Below are positions 18,701 to 26,502 of a stretch of 64,000 nucleotides of DNA, piece by piece. The notes beneath the pieces were generated by a model that worked only from the letters and a program-made list of their open reading frames with translations, had not been told where the DNA came from and did no database searches. Source of the DNA: a virus (taxonomy: Duplodnaviria > Caudoviricetes). The DNA is taken from IMG/VR virus record IMGVR_UViG_3300010376_000005, positions 1,971 to 65,970 of that record. One strand, written 5' to 3'. Numbering within the stretch: position 1 is the first letter of the stretch; each line of letters opens with the position of its first letter. The translations under genes and the position numbers were made by a program.

Positions 18701-19236
18701 CACTTCACCTTCCGCGAGGGCCACTGGTTGAACAGAAGGCCCAGCTTGGAGACGTTGACGATCTGGGTCGTCTTCCAGTGCTCGATCGCCTCGGCCTTGG
18801 TGACCTTCAGGATCGAGTAGCCCCAGACGTGCGAGCCGCTCAGGCTGGCGCTGTCGCAGTCGCCGATCTTGCCGACCAGCTTGGCGACGAAGGCGTCGTA
18901 CTGCGCCACGGCGTTGGCGACGGCGTCGGCGATGAACTTCGCCTCGCGCTCCGGCGAGCGGATCCGGGTGTTGGGCTCGTGCAGCCTGCGGGTGATCCAA
19001 GTGGCGCCCGTGAAGCTCTGCACGACCTCGTGCCGGCGGGTCTTGGCGCGGTAGGTCTCGCGGTTGTCGCGGCGGGAGTCGCCGCGCGGGAAGGCGCGAT
19101 CGAGATCCCAGTCGTTCTGGGCCAGGATGGCGAGGCGGCTGTCGATGAACGCGCGGGCGTCAGTGGCGGCGCGCGTCTCAGCCTCGACCCGCAGCGGGGC
19201 GACGGCGATGGCGACGGGGTGGTCGGCGGTGGGCAT
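18700..19236 (-). CDS. hypothetical protein
   Basis: Start MPTADHP directly after element copy B. Confidence 0.7.
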   Translation of the reverse strand: MPTADHPVAIAVAPLRVEAETRAATDARAFIDSRLAILAQNDWDLDRAFPRGDSRRDNRETYRAKTRRHEVVQSFTGATWITRRLHEPNTRIRSPEREAKFIADAVANAVAQYDAFVAKLVGKIGDCDSASLSGSHVWGYSILKVTKAEAIEHWKTTQIVNVSKLGLLFNQWPSRKVK

Positions 19237-19249
19237 CTCTGGATCTCTT

Positions 19250-19350
19250 GTGGTCCCGCCGGGCCAACCCCGCCGGTCATTTCTAGATATCCGGCTACTG
19301 CCCTGAGGACAATAACCGGATATCAACTAAGGGTGCGACAGGTTGTCAGG
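19250..19350 (-). repeat. repeated promoter/stem-loop element, copy B
   Basis: CTGTCGCACC..TTGTCC-N17-TATCTA..GGGGTTGGCCCGGCGG. Confidence 0.8.
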
Positions 19351-19374
19351 GCTGCGCCATGGGGTCTCTCGGGT

Positions 19375-19578
19375 TCAGGGGTTGATGTAGCGGATCGCGC
19401 TGCGGGCGATTGCGTGGCGGCGCGCGGATCCCTCAGCGGTCGAGACCGCCTCGCGGTAGGACTGGCATTCGTACGACGCGCGGACCGCGCCTCGGGCGGT
19501 GATCTCGCGAACCTTCCAGGTCGGCCAGCCCGCGCGCTTGGCGCGGGCGACCTCGATGGTGATGATCGGGGCGGCCAT
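19375..19578 (-). CDS. hypothetical protein
   Basis: 67 aa, start overlaps the upstream stop. Confidence 0.55.
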   Translation of the reverse strand: MAAPIITIEVARAKRAGWPTWKVREITARGAVRASYECQSYREAVSTAEGSARRHAIARSAIRYINP

Positions 19579-19847
19579 CAGTCCGTCGCCCAGTCTTCGT
19601 AGCGATCGGTCGCCGAGCTATAGATCTCCTTCAGCTCGGTGTTGACCAGATCCAAGGTGTTGCGGGTGAATTCGCAGTGCGACCAGTACTGGCCGGCGTC
19701 GCTGATGGTCTCGCTGTACCAAATCGCGGCCGAGAAGATCTCGTTCGCGTAGCCGGGGTGATCGTGCGCGGTCATCCAGGCGACGATCTTCTGCTCGTAG
19801 GCAGAGCCCAGGTACATGCCATAGTCGTCGTAGAAGGTGTGGGTCAT
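19578..19847 (-). CDS. hypothetical protein
   Basis: 89 aa, follows element copy C. Confidence 0.6.
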   Translation of the reverse strand: MTHTFYDDYGMYLGSAYEQKIVAWMTAHDHPGYANEIFSAAIWYSETISDAGQYWSHCEFTRNTLDLVNTELKEIYSSATDRYEDWATD

Positions 19848-19854
19848 CGCGGTC

Positions 19855-19951
19855 TCCGCCGCCGGGGCAGTCCCGTGCGGTGATTTCTAGATGCCTCAAA
19901 CTCGCCGGGCTTGTAAATAGCTCGATGCCAGGAAATGGTGCGACATGTTGG
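19855..19951 (-). repeat. repeated promoter/stem-loop element, copy C
   Basis: TGTCGCACC..TTTACA-N18-CATCTA..CACCGCACGGGACTGCCCCGGCGG; back to back with copy D. Confidence 0.8.
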
Positions 19952-19961
19952 CGCCGACCTG

Positions 19962-20056
19962 ACAACTTGCCGCACCTTTTTTGGACGTCGGTCTATTTAC
20001 AGCAGACCGAATAAGCAGGTATCCCGAAATCACACCGCACGGGACTGCCCCGGCGG
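19962..20056 (+). repeat. repeated promoter/stem-loop element, copy D
   Basis: CTTGCCGCACC..GACGTC..TTTACA-N18-TATCCC..CCGCACGGGACTGCCCCGGCGG. Confidence 0.8.
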
Positions 20057-20069
20057 AGGAGAAAACTCA

Positions 20070-20270
20070 ATGACCTACATCGTGAAGCAGGAGGCTGGGT
20101 TCTTGTCCTGGGAGGGCGGCTACACCCACGTCCGCCGGCCTGAAGACGCCCTGCAGTTCAACACCGTCCTTGGCGCCCAGGAGGCGGCGTTCTCTGCCGT
20201 CCAGGACCCTCGCCAGCGCGGTAGCATCGTGGATCGCCGCGAAGCCATCCGCCAGTTCTACGGCGACTGA
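20070..20270 (+). CDS. hypothetical protein
   Basis: MTYIVKQEAG, GGAGGAG SD. Confidence 0.6.
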   Translation: MTYIVKQEAGFLSWEGGYTHVRRPEDALQFNTVLGAQEAAFSAVQDPRQRGSIVDRREAIRQFYGD

Positions 20271-20271
20271 G

Positions 20272-20574
20272 ATGGGAGTCGCAGACACCATCCTCGCCCA
20301 GTTGGGCGGCGCCCGCTTCGTGGCCATGACCGGGGCTCGCGCCCTGGTCGCCGGTCCCGATCACCTCCAGTTCGTGCTGCCGCGCGGCGCGCTGAACGGG
20401 ACCAACAAGGTCCAGATCAAGCTTACGGGCGACGATCTGTACACGGTCGCGGTCTACCGCTTCAGCTCGCGCACCCTGGCCACGAAGCCCACCGCCCCGG
20501 CCGTCAACGGCGTCTACGCCGACGACCTGCGCGCGGTCTTCACCCGCCTCACCGGGCTCGACACGAGCCTCTGA
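20272..20574 (+). CDS. conserved phage hypothetical protein
   Basis: MGVADTILAQLGGARFVAMTGA..DDLYTV..VYADDL..F...TGL. Confidence 0.7.
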   Translation: MGVADTILAQLGGARFVAMTGARALVAGPDHLQFVLPRGALNGTNKVQIKLTGDDLYTVAVYRFSSRTLATKPTAPAVNGVYADDLRAVFTRLTGLDTSL

Positions 20575-20680
20575 TGAGCACCAGCCTGACCATAGAACTC
20601 GCCGTGTACGCCGCCGTCTGTGCAGCGTTCATCGGCTTCGTCATCTACAAAATCATCAAACCCTGAAAGGAAACTGACCA

Positions 20681-20923
20681 ATGGAAGAACTCTTCATCGA
20701 TAACCGGACGCCGACAATCAACAAGACGGACAAGGACAACTGCCTCCGTCGTGGCGTTCGCATCTATAGCGCCACGCCGTTTAGTGCGTGTCTGCAAATC
20801 CGCTCTCACACGGACAAGCAAGGCGTCTACGGCATGGTCCACCTGTCCCCCAGCGAATGCCGCGAACTGGGCGAGTGGCTCCTGGCCTACGCAGAAGAGA
20901 AGGCAAAAAACGCACCAAAATAA
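20681..20923 (+). CDS. hypothetical protein
   Basis: AAGGA SD; 80 aa. Confidence 0.55.
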   Translation: MEELFIDNRTPTINKTDKDNCLRRGVRIYSATPFSACLQIRSHTDKQGVYGMVHLSPSECRELGEWLLAYAEEKAKNAPK

Positions 20924-20928
20924 GCATC

Positions 20929-20957
20929 TTGCATGTTCTGCAAAGGTGTGCTATAAT
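20929..20957 (+). promoter_or_regulatory. sigma70-type promoter
   Basis: TTGCAT-N17-TATAAT upstream of AAGGAG and the start at 21010. Confidence 0.75.
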
Positions 20958-21009
20958 AGCCACACAGCTGAATTGCGGCTGTGTCATCGTCGTGACTTAA
21001 GGAGATCCA

Positions 21010-21735
21010 GTGACTACTCTCAAATTACGCGCGGTTTCACACCCGAAAGGTGACAAGAACCGCTATTGCGGGCCGTCCGCCATCTCAGCACTTACCGGGA
21101 TGGGCACGGGCGAGGCCGCTCGACTGATCAGAGCGGGCAGCAGGAAGACCGCCATCAAGGGAACCCACGAATCCGAAATGTTCCGCGCCCTGCGCCTGTG
21201 CGGGATCGTGTCGACTCCGCATCGGGTCCTCCGCACCCCTCAGGGCAAACAGCCCACCCTGGCCGAGTGGCTGCGCCAGACCCACGGCCGGCGCGGGGGG
21301 AAGGTGTTCCTGATCTCGGCCGGGCATCACTGGCAGCTCGTCAGCGGCAACCGCTTCGTCTGCGGCCAGACCGGCGACGTCGTCGCGCTCGACCACCCCA
21401 AGGTGCATCGGAGGTCCCGCGTCCGCGCGGTGTGGCTGCTGGAGGCGCCGACCGGCGTCAGCATCCCGCCCCTGGCCCGCAAGCCCAAGGCTCGGCCCCC
21501 AACCGCCTACGCCCAGGCGGTGCGGCTGGCCAAGCGCTGGCACCTGCGGATCGAGCGCGACGGGCGCGACTACTGGGTCTTCGGCCCCGAGGGCCTGTAC
21601 GAGGACGAGCACGGCGATCCGAAGGACGATCCCTGCGAGGGATGCCACTTCAGCGTCGGCTGGATCGAGGTGCTCGAAAAGGTCCAGGCCTACGTCGAAG
21701 ACCTGCAGGCCAGGGAGATGAAGGCTGCCGCCTGA
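21010..21735 (+). CDS. putative C39-like (papain-fold) cysteine peptidase
   Basis: YCGPSAIS..GT..EM..AL..G..HHWQLV pattern. Confidence 0.5.
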   Translation: MTTLKLRAVSHPKGDKNRYCGPSAISALTGMGTGEAARLIRAGSRKTAIKGTHESEMFRALRLCGIVSTPHRVLRTPQGKQPTLAEWLRQTHGRRGGKVFLISAGHHWQLVSGNRFVCGQTGDVVALDHPKVHRRSRVRAVWLLEAPTGVSIPPLARKPKARPPTAYAQAVRLAKRWHLRIERDGRDYWVFGPEGLYEDEHGDPKDDPCEGCHFSVGWIEVLEKVQAYVEDLQAREMKAAA

Positions 21736-21832
21736 GGCAGCTTGCCGCACCTTTTCGGGACGTCCGGCAATTGACCTGCGGGTCGATTGCCGGGTATCTC
21801 GAAATCACCGACGGGGCTGCCCCGGCGGCCAC
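21735..21832 (+). repeat. repeated promoter/stem-loop element, copy E
   Basis: CTTGCCGCACC..GACGTCC..TTGACC-N18-TATCTC..CACCGACGGGGCTGCCCCGGCGG. Confidence 0.8.
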
Positions 21833-21847
21833 CTACGGAGAGATCAA

Positions 21848-22060
21848 GTGAACACCGCCTACCGCATCGATTTTCAGATCCCCGGCTGTCTGCCAACCGT
21901 CCTGCACAGGTTCACCCGGCAGCGCGCCATGGCCAAGGCGCGGAGCCTGTCCGCCACGCGCGACTGCTCCGTCTACGCCATCGCCACTGTCGACGGCGTC
22001 GATACTGGGCAGCGCGTCTACTACGCCGGCAGCTTCAGCCACCAGGACGACGCGTTCTGA
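21848..22060 (+). CDS. hypothetical protein
   Basis: 70 aa, first gene after copy E. Confidence 0.55.
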   Translation: MNTAYRIDFQIPGCLPTVLHRFTRQRAMAKARSLSATRDCSVYAIATVDGVDTGQRVYYAGSFSHQDDAF

Positions 22061-22224
22061 TGACCCGCACCCACGCCTACGTCCTGCAGCGCCTCGAAGC
22101 GCTCGAAGCGCAGCGGGCCAGGGCGAAAAGCCCAAAGACCGCTGCGATCCTCGCGAACACCATCCAAGAGCTGCGGTACGTCCGCGACTACCTCGAAGCT
22201 GAACCTTCCAAAGGAAAACTCTGA
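22060..22224 (+). CDS. hypothetical protein
   Basis: MTRTHAYVLQRLE, TGATG coupling. Confidence 0.5.
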   Translation: MTRTHAYVLQRLEALEAQRARAKSPKTAAILANTIQELRYVRDYLEAEPSKGKL

Positions 22225-22225
22225 C

Positions 22226-22561
22226 ATGCCCACCATCAACATCCACTTCGCGGCCTTCGAGGACCAGCCGGTCCACGTCGCATCCGTCGCCGTGGCGGAC
22301 ACCTTCGAGACGGCCGAGGCCGCCCTGGAGGACGCCTACGCGAGGACCCAGAACGTCGCCGGCTCGTGGTCGCGCGGCCCGACCTTCGAGGACGGCTCGG
22401 CGAACCGCGACTACGACTGGCGGATCACAGTGATCGCCCCGCTGCCGGTCGAGGACGGCAAGACCTACGGCCACCGCTCGACCTGCGTCGGCGACATCTT
22501 CGAGGTCGATGGCGTGCGCTGGCGCGTCGCCGGCTTCGGCTTCAAGCCGGAGGCGGCGTGA
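22226..22561 (+). CDS. hypothetical protein
   Basis: HRSTCVGDIFEVDG..W.VAGFGF, a motif seen in YodL-like phage proteins. Confidence 0.65.
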   Translation: MPTINIHFAAFEDQPVHVASVAVADTFETAEAALEDAYARTQNVAGSWSRGPTFEDGSANRDYDWRITVIAPLPVEDGKTYGHRSTCVGDIFEVDGVRWRVAGFGFKPEAA

Positions 22562-22947
22562 TGAGCGCAGCAGCATGGTTTCGAGAGGCGCACGGTCAAC
22601 GCGTGATCAAGCGCGTGGCTGGCGTGGCCACCGTCGAGGACTGGCCGCAGATGGAAGCCGACGCGCGCCGTCAACTCGCCGCGCAAGGTTGCCCGGCTGA
22701 GCAAATTTGGATCGACGACGGAGGCGCTCTCAATTGGCCCGGCGGCTTCCTCAGGAAGCCCAAATTCCGCCCCGTGGAGGCCGGGCGGCTCGTCGTCCGC
22801 TCCAAGGACTACGGGTTCACGCCAGACGGCGCGGATCGGCCCGTATGGGGCGACAAGGCTGGATCGACCGTCGACGGCAGCCGGCTCGTGAAGCGGTACG
22901 GCAACGGTCTCGTGGTCACCTTTGAGATCGAGGGAGTCGCTGCATGA
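22561..22947 (+). CDS. hypothetical protein
   Basis: MSAAAWFRE, TGATG coupling. Confidence 0.6.
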   Translation: MSAAAWFREAHGQRVIKRVAGVATVEDWPQMEADARRQLAAQGCPAEQIWIDDGGALNWPGGFLRKPKFRPVEAGRLVVRSKDYGFTPDGADRPVWGDKAGSTVDGSRLVKRYGNGLVVTFEIEGVAA

Positions 22948-23168
22948 CCCGCGCCACGATCGAGGTGCCCCTGCACGAGGCGTCGACGCTTCGAGTGCTG
23001 GTCAGCTACGCCAAGGTCTCGGCGGCCAGCGACCAGAAGTTCTGGGCCGAGCAAGCCGAGAAGTCCAACAACCCTGACTTCGCGCGCGTCTGCCGATCTC
23101 GGGTCAATGACTACGTCGCCATGGCCGAGTGGGCCGACAACATGCTCAAGCTGCTGGAGGGGAAATGA
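22944..23168 (+). CDS. hypothetical protein
   Basis: 74 aa, ATGA overlap. Confidence 0.55.
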   Translation: MTRATIEVPLHEASTLRVLVSYAKVSAASDQKFWAEQAEKSNNPDFARVCRSRVNDYVAMAEWADNMLKLLEGK

Positions 23169-23377
23169 AGCTCTGTGAGGCTCATGTGCCGGCGCCCCGA
23201 GGGATCGGGGCGCGGCGGGTCAGCGAGCGGCCTGCCGGCCCTGGCGGCTGCACGCGCAAGGCGACGTACACCGATGGGCGCTACGTCTACTGCACCCAGC
23301 ACGCCAAGGAGCCGCCCACGCCCCTGGCGCCGGCCTCGGGGCGGATTCGAGCCGACTGCCGCAAGCTGGAGGACTGA
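23165..23377 (+). CDS. hypothetical protein (Cys/His)
   Basis: MKLCEAH..GCTRKA..YCTQH. Confidence 0.5.
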   Translation: MKLCEAHVPAPRGIGARRVSERPAGPGGCTRKATYTDGRYVYCTQHAKEPPTPLAPASGRIRADCRKLED

Positions 23378-23469
23378 GGCAGCTTGCCGCACTTTTTCCG
23401 GACACCCGGTTATTGCCTCCTGGGCGATAGCCGGGTATCTGGAATTTACCGGTGGGTTGGCCGCCGGGA
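23377..23469 (+). repeat. repeated promoter/stem-loop element, copy F
   Basis: CTTGCCGCAC..TTGCCT-N17-TATCTG..GGGTTGGCC. Confidence 0.8.
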
Positions 23470-23481
23470 GAGACCTTACCG

Positions 23482-23907
23482 ATGTCGACCAAAACCGCCA
23501 AACTGACAAAGACCCAGCGCAAGCTGATCGCCCAGGTCCGCGACGGCCGCGTCTTCGTGCAAACACACGTCTATCGCTCCGGCTACATGAAGACGTCCGA
23601 GGGCGGCGCCCGCGAATGGAGTGCGGCTGAAGGCCTGATCAAGCTCGGCTTGGCTGAGCTGATCGAGCGCAAGTCCGAGTCGACCTACGTGCGCAGCTCG
23701 ATGGGCCACCGCCGGGAGGCGTGGACCAACCACCAATACCGGCTGACCGACGCCGGTCTCGCCCTCCAGGCCGAGATCCTGGCCGCCGCCCGCGCCGAAG
23801 GCCGCGCGGCGCTCCAGGCCGGCGAGAGCCTCTACCACAGCCCCTACGCCTACGGCCCGCAGCGCGACGCTTGGCAGGCTGGCTGGCGCGAAGAAAGAAG
23901 GACGTGA
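23482..23907 (+). CDS. hypothetical protein with C-terminal Rmf/CrpP-like motif
   Basis: AEGRAALQAGE...SPY....RDAWQAGW. Confidence 0.6.
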   Translation: MSTKTAKLTKTQRKLIAQVRDGRVFVQTHVYRSGYMKTSEGGAREWSAAEGLIKLGLAELIERKSESTYVRSSMGHRREAWTNHQYRLTDAGLALQAEILAAARAEGRAALQAGESLYHSPYAYGPQRDAWQAGWREERRT

Positions 23908-24182
23908 TGGGCCGCCACATCGTCTACGTCACCCAGTTCGACGGTTTCTGGAGCCTGACGCCCAAGCAGTGGCGCGAGGTCGTCCGCACGGTCGTGGCCG
24001 GCGGCGAGTACAACCTCTCCGACTACCGGGAGATCCAGCGCCCGCGGTGCGTGCACAAGAACCACACCGGCCGTGGCTACTGGATCGACACCCTGGCCCA
24101 CAGCCTGCAGCAGATGCCCTGCGATTGGGACGACCAGCAGTGGCAGGACGAACTCCACGCGATCGACGGGGCGCTGCTATGA
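23907..24182 (+). CDS. hypothetical protein
   Basis: MGRHIVYVTQ, TGATG coupling. Confidence 0.6.
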   Translation: MGRHIVYVTQFDGFWSLTPKQWREVVRTVVAGGEYNLSDYREIQRPRCVHKNHTGRGYWIDTLAHSLQQMPCDWDDQQWQDELHAIDGALL

Positions 24183-24415
24183 CTGGGCGGAAGGCTGAGA
24201 CCATCGTCGGCACGGATCCCGTGACCGGCGCCGTCATCCGCAAGCGGGTCTTCAAAGGCCAGCGCGTGATCGCCTACGCCGCGCGCGACGAGAACAACCC
24301 TGGCCTCTACTGGGCGGTCCGTGGGACGCTCGAAGAGGCGCACCGCAAGTGCATGGCCGACACCCAGCGCCTCGGCGACGCGGTCGGCTACGTGTTCCCG
24401 GCTGAGGCGGTTTGA
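24179..24415 (+). CDS. hypothetical protein
   Basis: MTGRKAETIV, ATGA overlap. Confidence 0.55.
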   Translation: MTGRKAETIVGTDPVTGAVIRKRVFKGQRVIAYAARDENNPGLYWAVRGTLEEAHRKCMADTQRLGDAVGYVFPAEAV

Positions 24416-24498
24416 CGCACCTTTTTCGGACGTCCCGATATTGCGGTGCAGGCCGATCGTCGGGTATCTACAAATCACCGACGGGGTTGGCCCGGCGG
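24415..24498 (+). repeat. repeated promoter/stem-loop element, copy G
   Basis: CGCACC..GACGTCC..TTGCGG-N18-TATCTA..CACCGACGGGGTTGGCCCGGCGG. Confidence 0.8.
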
Positions 24499-24513
24499 AA
24501 AGGAAATCCATTC

Positions 24514-24741
24514 GTGACTCAGTTCAAGACAATCAAAGAAACCAAGGCCGCCGTCCGCAAGGCGAAGGCGGTTTTCATTCAGGCGCGCTTTGGCGTGTCC
24601 GAGAAGTGGCTGCGGGTCAGCAAGGAAACGGCCTTCGATCTGCTGGACTCCATCGATCCGAACGACACGCCCAAGGACATGGAGATGTTCGCTGGCAGCT
24701 TCGGCGAGATGGACATCGACCGTTACCTGTACCTCGGCTGA
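24514..24741 (+). CDS. hypothetical protein
   Basis: GTG start MTQFKTIKE after AAGGA. Confidence 0.55.
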   Translation: MTQFKTIKETKAAVRKAKAVFIQARFGVSEKWLRVSKETAFDLLDSIDPNDTPKDMEMFAGSFGEMDIDRYLYLG

Positions 24742-24787
24742 TCAGGCGACCTGATCGTTTCTTACGCTTCTGAGGTTCTCTAATCAC

Positions 24788-25168
24788 ATGACCACCGCCC
24801 AACCCCTCTGCCGTAGCTGCGGCAAGCCGATCGCGAAGCACAGCGAGACGGTGTACTTCCGCGACCCCGAGAACGTCGGCAAGCCCGGCATGCCAGCCTC
24901 GCACCTGGGCATCAGCCGCCACCTCGACGTCGCCTATCCGCAGTCGAAGGCCGAAGCCGCCCGCCACGTCAACGGCGAGATCATCTCGGTCAGGCGCTGG
25001 CCTGGGTGTGGGATCACCGCCGTCGGCGTGTGGGACGGCGAGACCTACAGGGATCAGTTCTTCTGCTCCAACGCCTGCGCCATCCGCCTGGGCCGCGCCG
25101 TGGCCCGCCAGGGCATGGTGATGCCCGAGTACAACGCGGCCCTCGCGGCCCAGAAGGAGAAACCATGA
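24788..25168 (+). CDS. hypothetical protein with CxxC and FCSxxC
   Basis: CRSCGK..FFCSNAC. Confidence 0.65.
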   Translation: MTTAQPLCRSCGKPIAKHSETVYFRDPENVGKPGMPASHLGISRHLDVAYPQSKAEAARHVNGEIISVRRWPGCGITAVGVWDGETYRDQFFCSNACAIRLGRAVARQGMVMPEYNAALAAQKEKP

Positions 25169-25413
25169 AACTTGAACTGAACATCGCCTGCAACAACGCC
25201 GCCTTTGACGACGGCAACCTTGGCCCCGAACTGGCGCGCATCCTGGGAGGCGTCGCCCGCTATCTCGGCTCCGAGGACTCTGCTGACATCCGCTTTTGGA
25301 TCGGCGAGCCGCGCAGCCTCCGCGACATCAACGGGAACACCGTTGGGACGTGGGCCATCACCGAAACCCCAGCAGAGGAGGCCGCGCGCCTCAGCAAGGC
25401 AGAGGAAGCCTGA
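25165..25413 (+). CDS. hypothetical protein
   Basis: MKLELNIACNNAAF..RDINGNTVG.W. Confidence 0.6.
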   Translation: MKLELNIACNNAAFDDGNLGPELARILGGVARYLGSEDSADIRFWIGEPRSLRDINGNTVGTWAITETPAEEAARLSKAEEA

Positions 25414-25415
25414 CC

Positions 25416-25649
25416 ATGTTGATGTTTGACACACTCAAGCTCTCGCGTGGGCTCCAGGCCGCCGGCATGCCACAAGCCCAGGCCGATGGCTTCGCCGCCG
25501 CGGTCAGTGACGCCACACAGGAGAGCGTCGCCACTAAGGCTGACCTCGCCGAGGCCAAGGCCGATATTCTGAAATGGGTCCTCGGAGCGCTCGGCCTGCA
25601 AACGGTCGTCGTCATCGGCGCCCTCGTCACCTTGGTGGCGCACCGATAA
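25416..25649 (+). CDS. DUF1640-like coiled-coil protein with C-terminal membrane anchor
   Basis: FDTLKLSRGLQAAGMPQAQA..ATKADL..LKW + hydrophobic tail. Confidence 0.7.
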   Translation: MLMFDTLKLSRGLQAAGMPQAQADGFAAAVSDATQESVATKADLAEAKADILKWVLGALGLQTVVVIGALVTLVAHR

Positions 25650-25668
25650 CCCCAGCGAAGGAGATCGC

Positions 25669-25863
25669 ATGACCACAGCCTACACCCCTGCCCGCCCGGT
25701 CGGGCGGCCGCCGCGGACGACCAAGCGGATCTGCGTGACGATGCGCTTCGAGGTCGAGGAACTGGCCGCGATCAGCGCCGCGGCGACCGAGGCCGGGGCG
25801 GAGGATCGCCACTCCTGGATGCTCGCCACGCTGCTGCGCGCGGCCAAGCAGAAGCGCCGCTAG
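25669..25863 (+). CDS. small DNA-binding protein (ribbon-helix-helix-like)
   Basis: GRPP..ICVTMRF..EELAAI. Confidence 0.5.
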   Translation: MTTAYTPARPVGRPPRTTKRICVTMRFEVEELAAISAAATEAGAEDRHSWMLATLLRAAKQKRR

Positions 25864-26195
25864 TGCGCGCCTGCCTCGACATCCCTGGCGACGCCGAGGG
25901 TGGTCGCGTCGTTGACGTGGCCACCTTCCTGCGCACCAAGACCCCGGCGACCCGCAAGGCCGCCCTGGCCGCCCTGGCCAAAGGGCAGCCCTACCGCAAC
26001 ATCCACGGCTCGTGGTCGCTGACGCCGCTGGCAAGGAGAGTTTGATGACCACTGGGGCGCGATGGTCTTTGGCCCTTGGGCCGCTGTGGCTGGTCCGGTG
26101 GTGGTGGGTCTCACGCTCATGTCGATGATGAAGGGAATATCCCGCGCAGTGGCCCGCGACATGGGCTGGAAGCGTCACTACGACGACGACCTGTA

Positions 26196-26435
26196 CTAGG
26201 ACGCCAGCCGGGGGCGCTCCGGCTCCAGGTCGGCCGCTGCCGCCTCCAGGCGCTCCCGCAGGGCGCGGATGACCTGGGGGGCGGCGGGGTGGTCCTGCAG
26301 CCGGCGATCGGCCGCCTGGATCTGCACCAGGGTCCGCAGCGGGACGCCCGTGAACTGGCTCATCCCCACAGCCCAGTTGGCGCCCCAGAGGCGCTCCCCC
26401 ATCCTGGCGACGATCGCGGCGGTCATTGGCGTCAC
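26196..26435 (-). CDS. HTH-like hypothetical protein
   Basis: WAVGMSQFTGVPLRTLVQI. Confidence 0.5.
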   Translation of the reverse strand: MTPMTAAIVARMGERLWGANWAVGMSQFTGVPLRTLVQIQAADRRLQDHPAAPQVIRALRERLEAAAADLEPERPRLAS

Positions 26436-26502
26436 ATTGCGTGCTTTCGCCGGTTGTCAAGTAAGATGCGCCCGTTGGGTTCCGCTCACGGAGGGCGATG
26501 TG

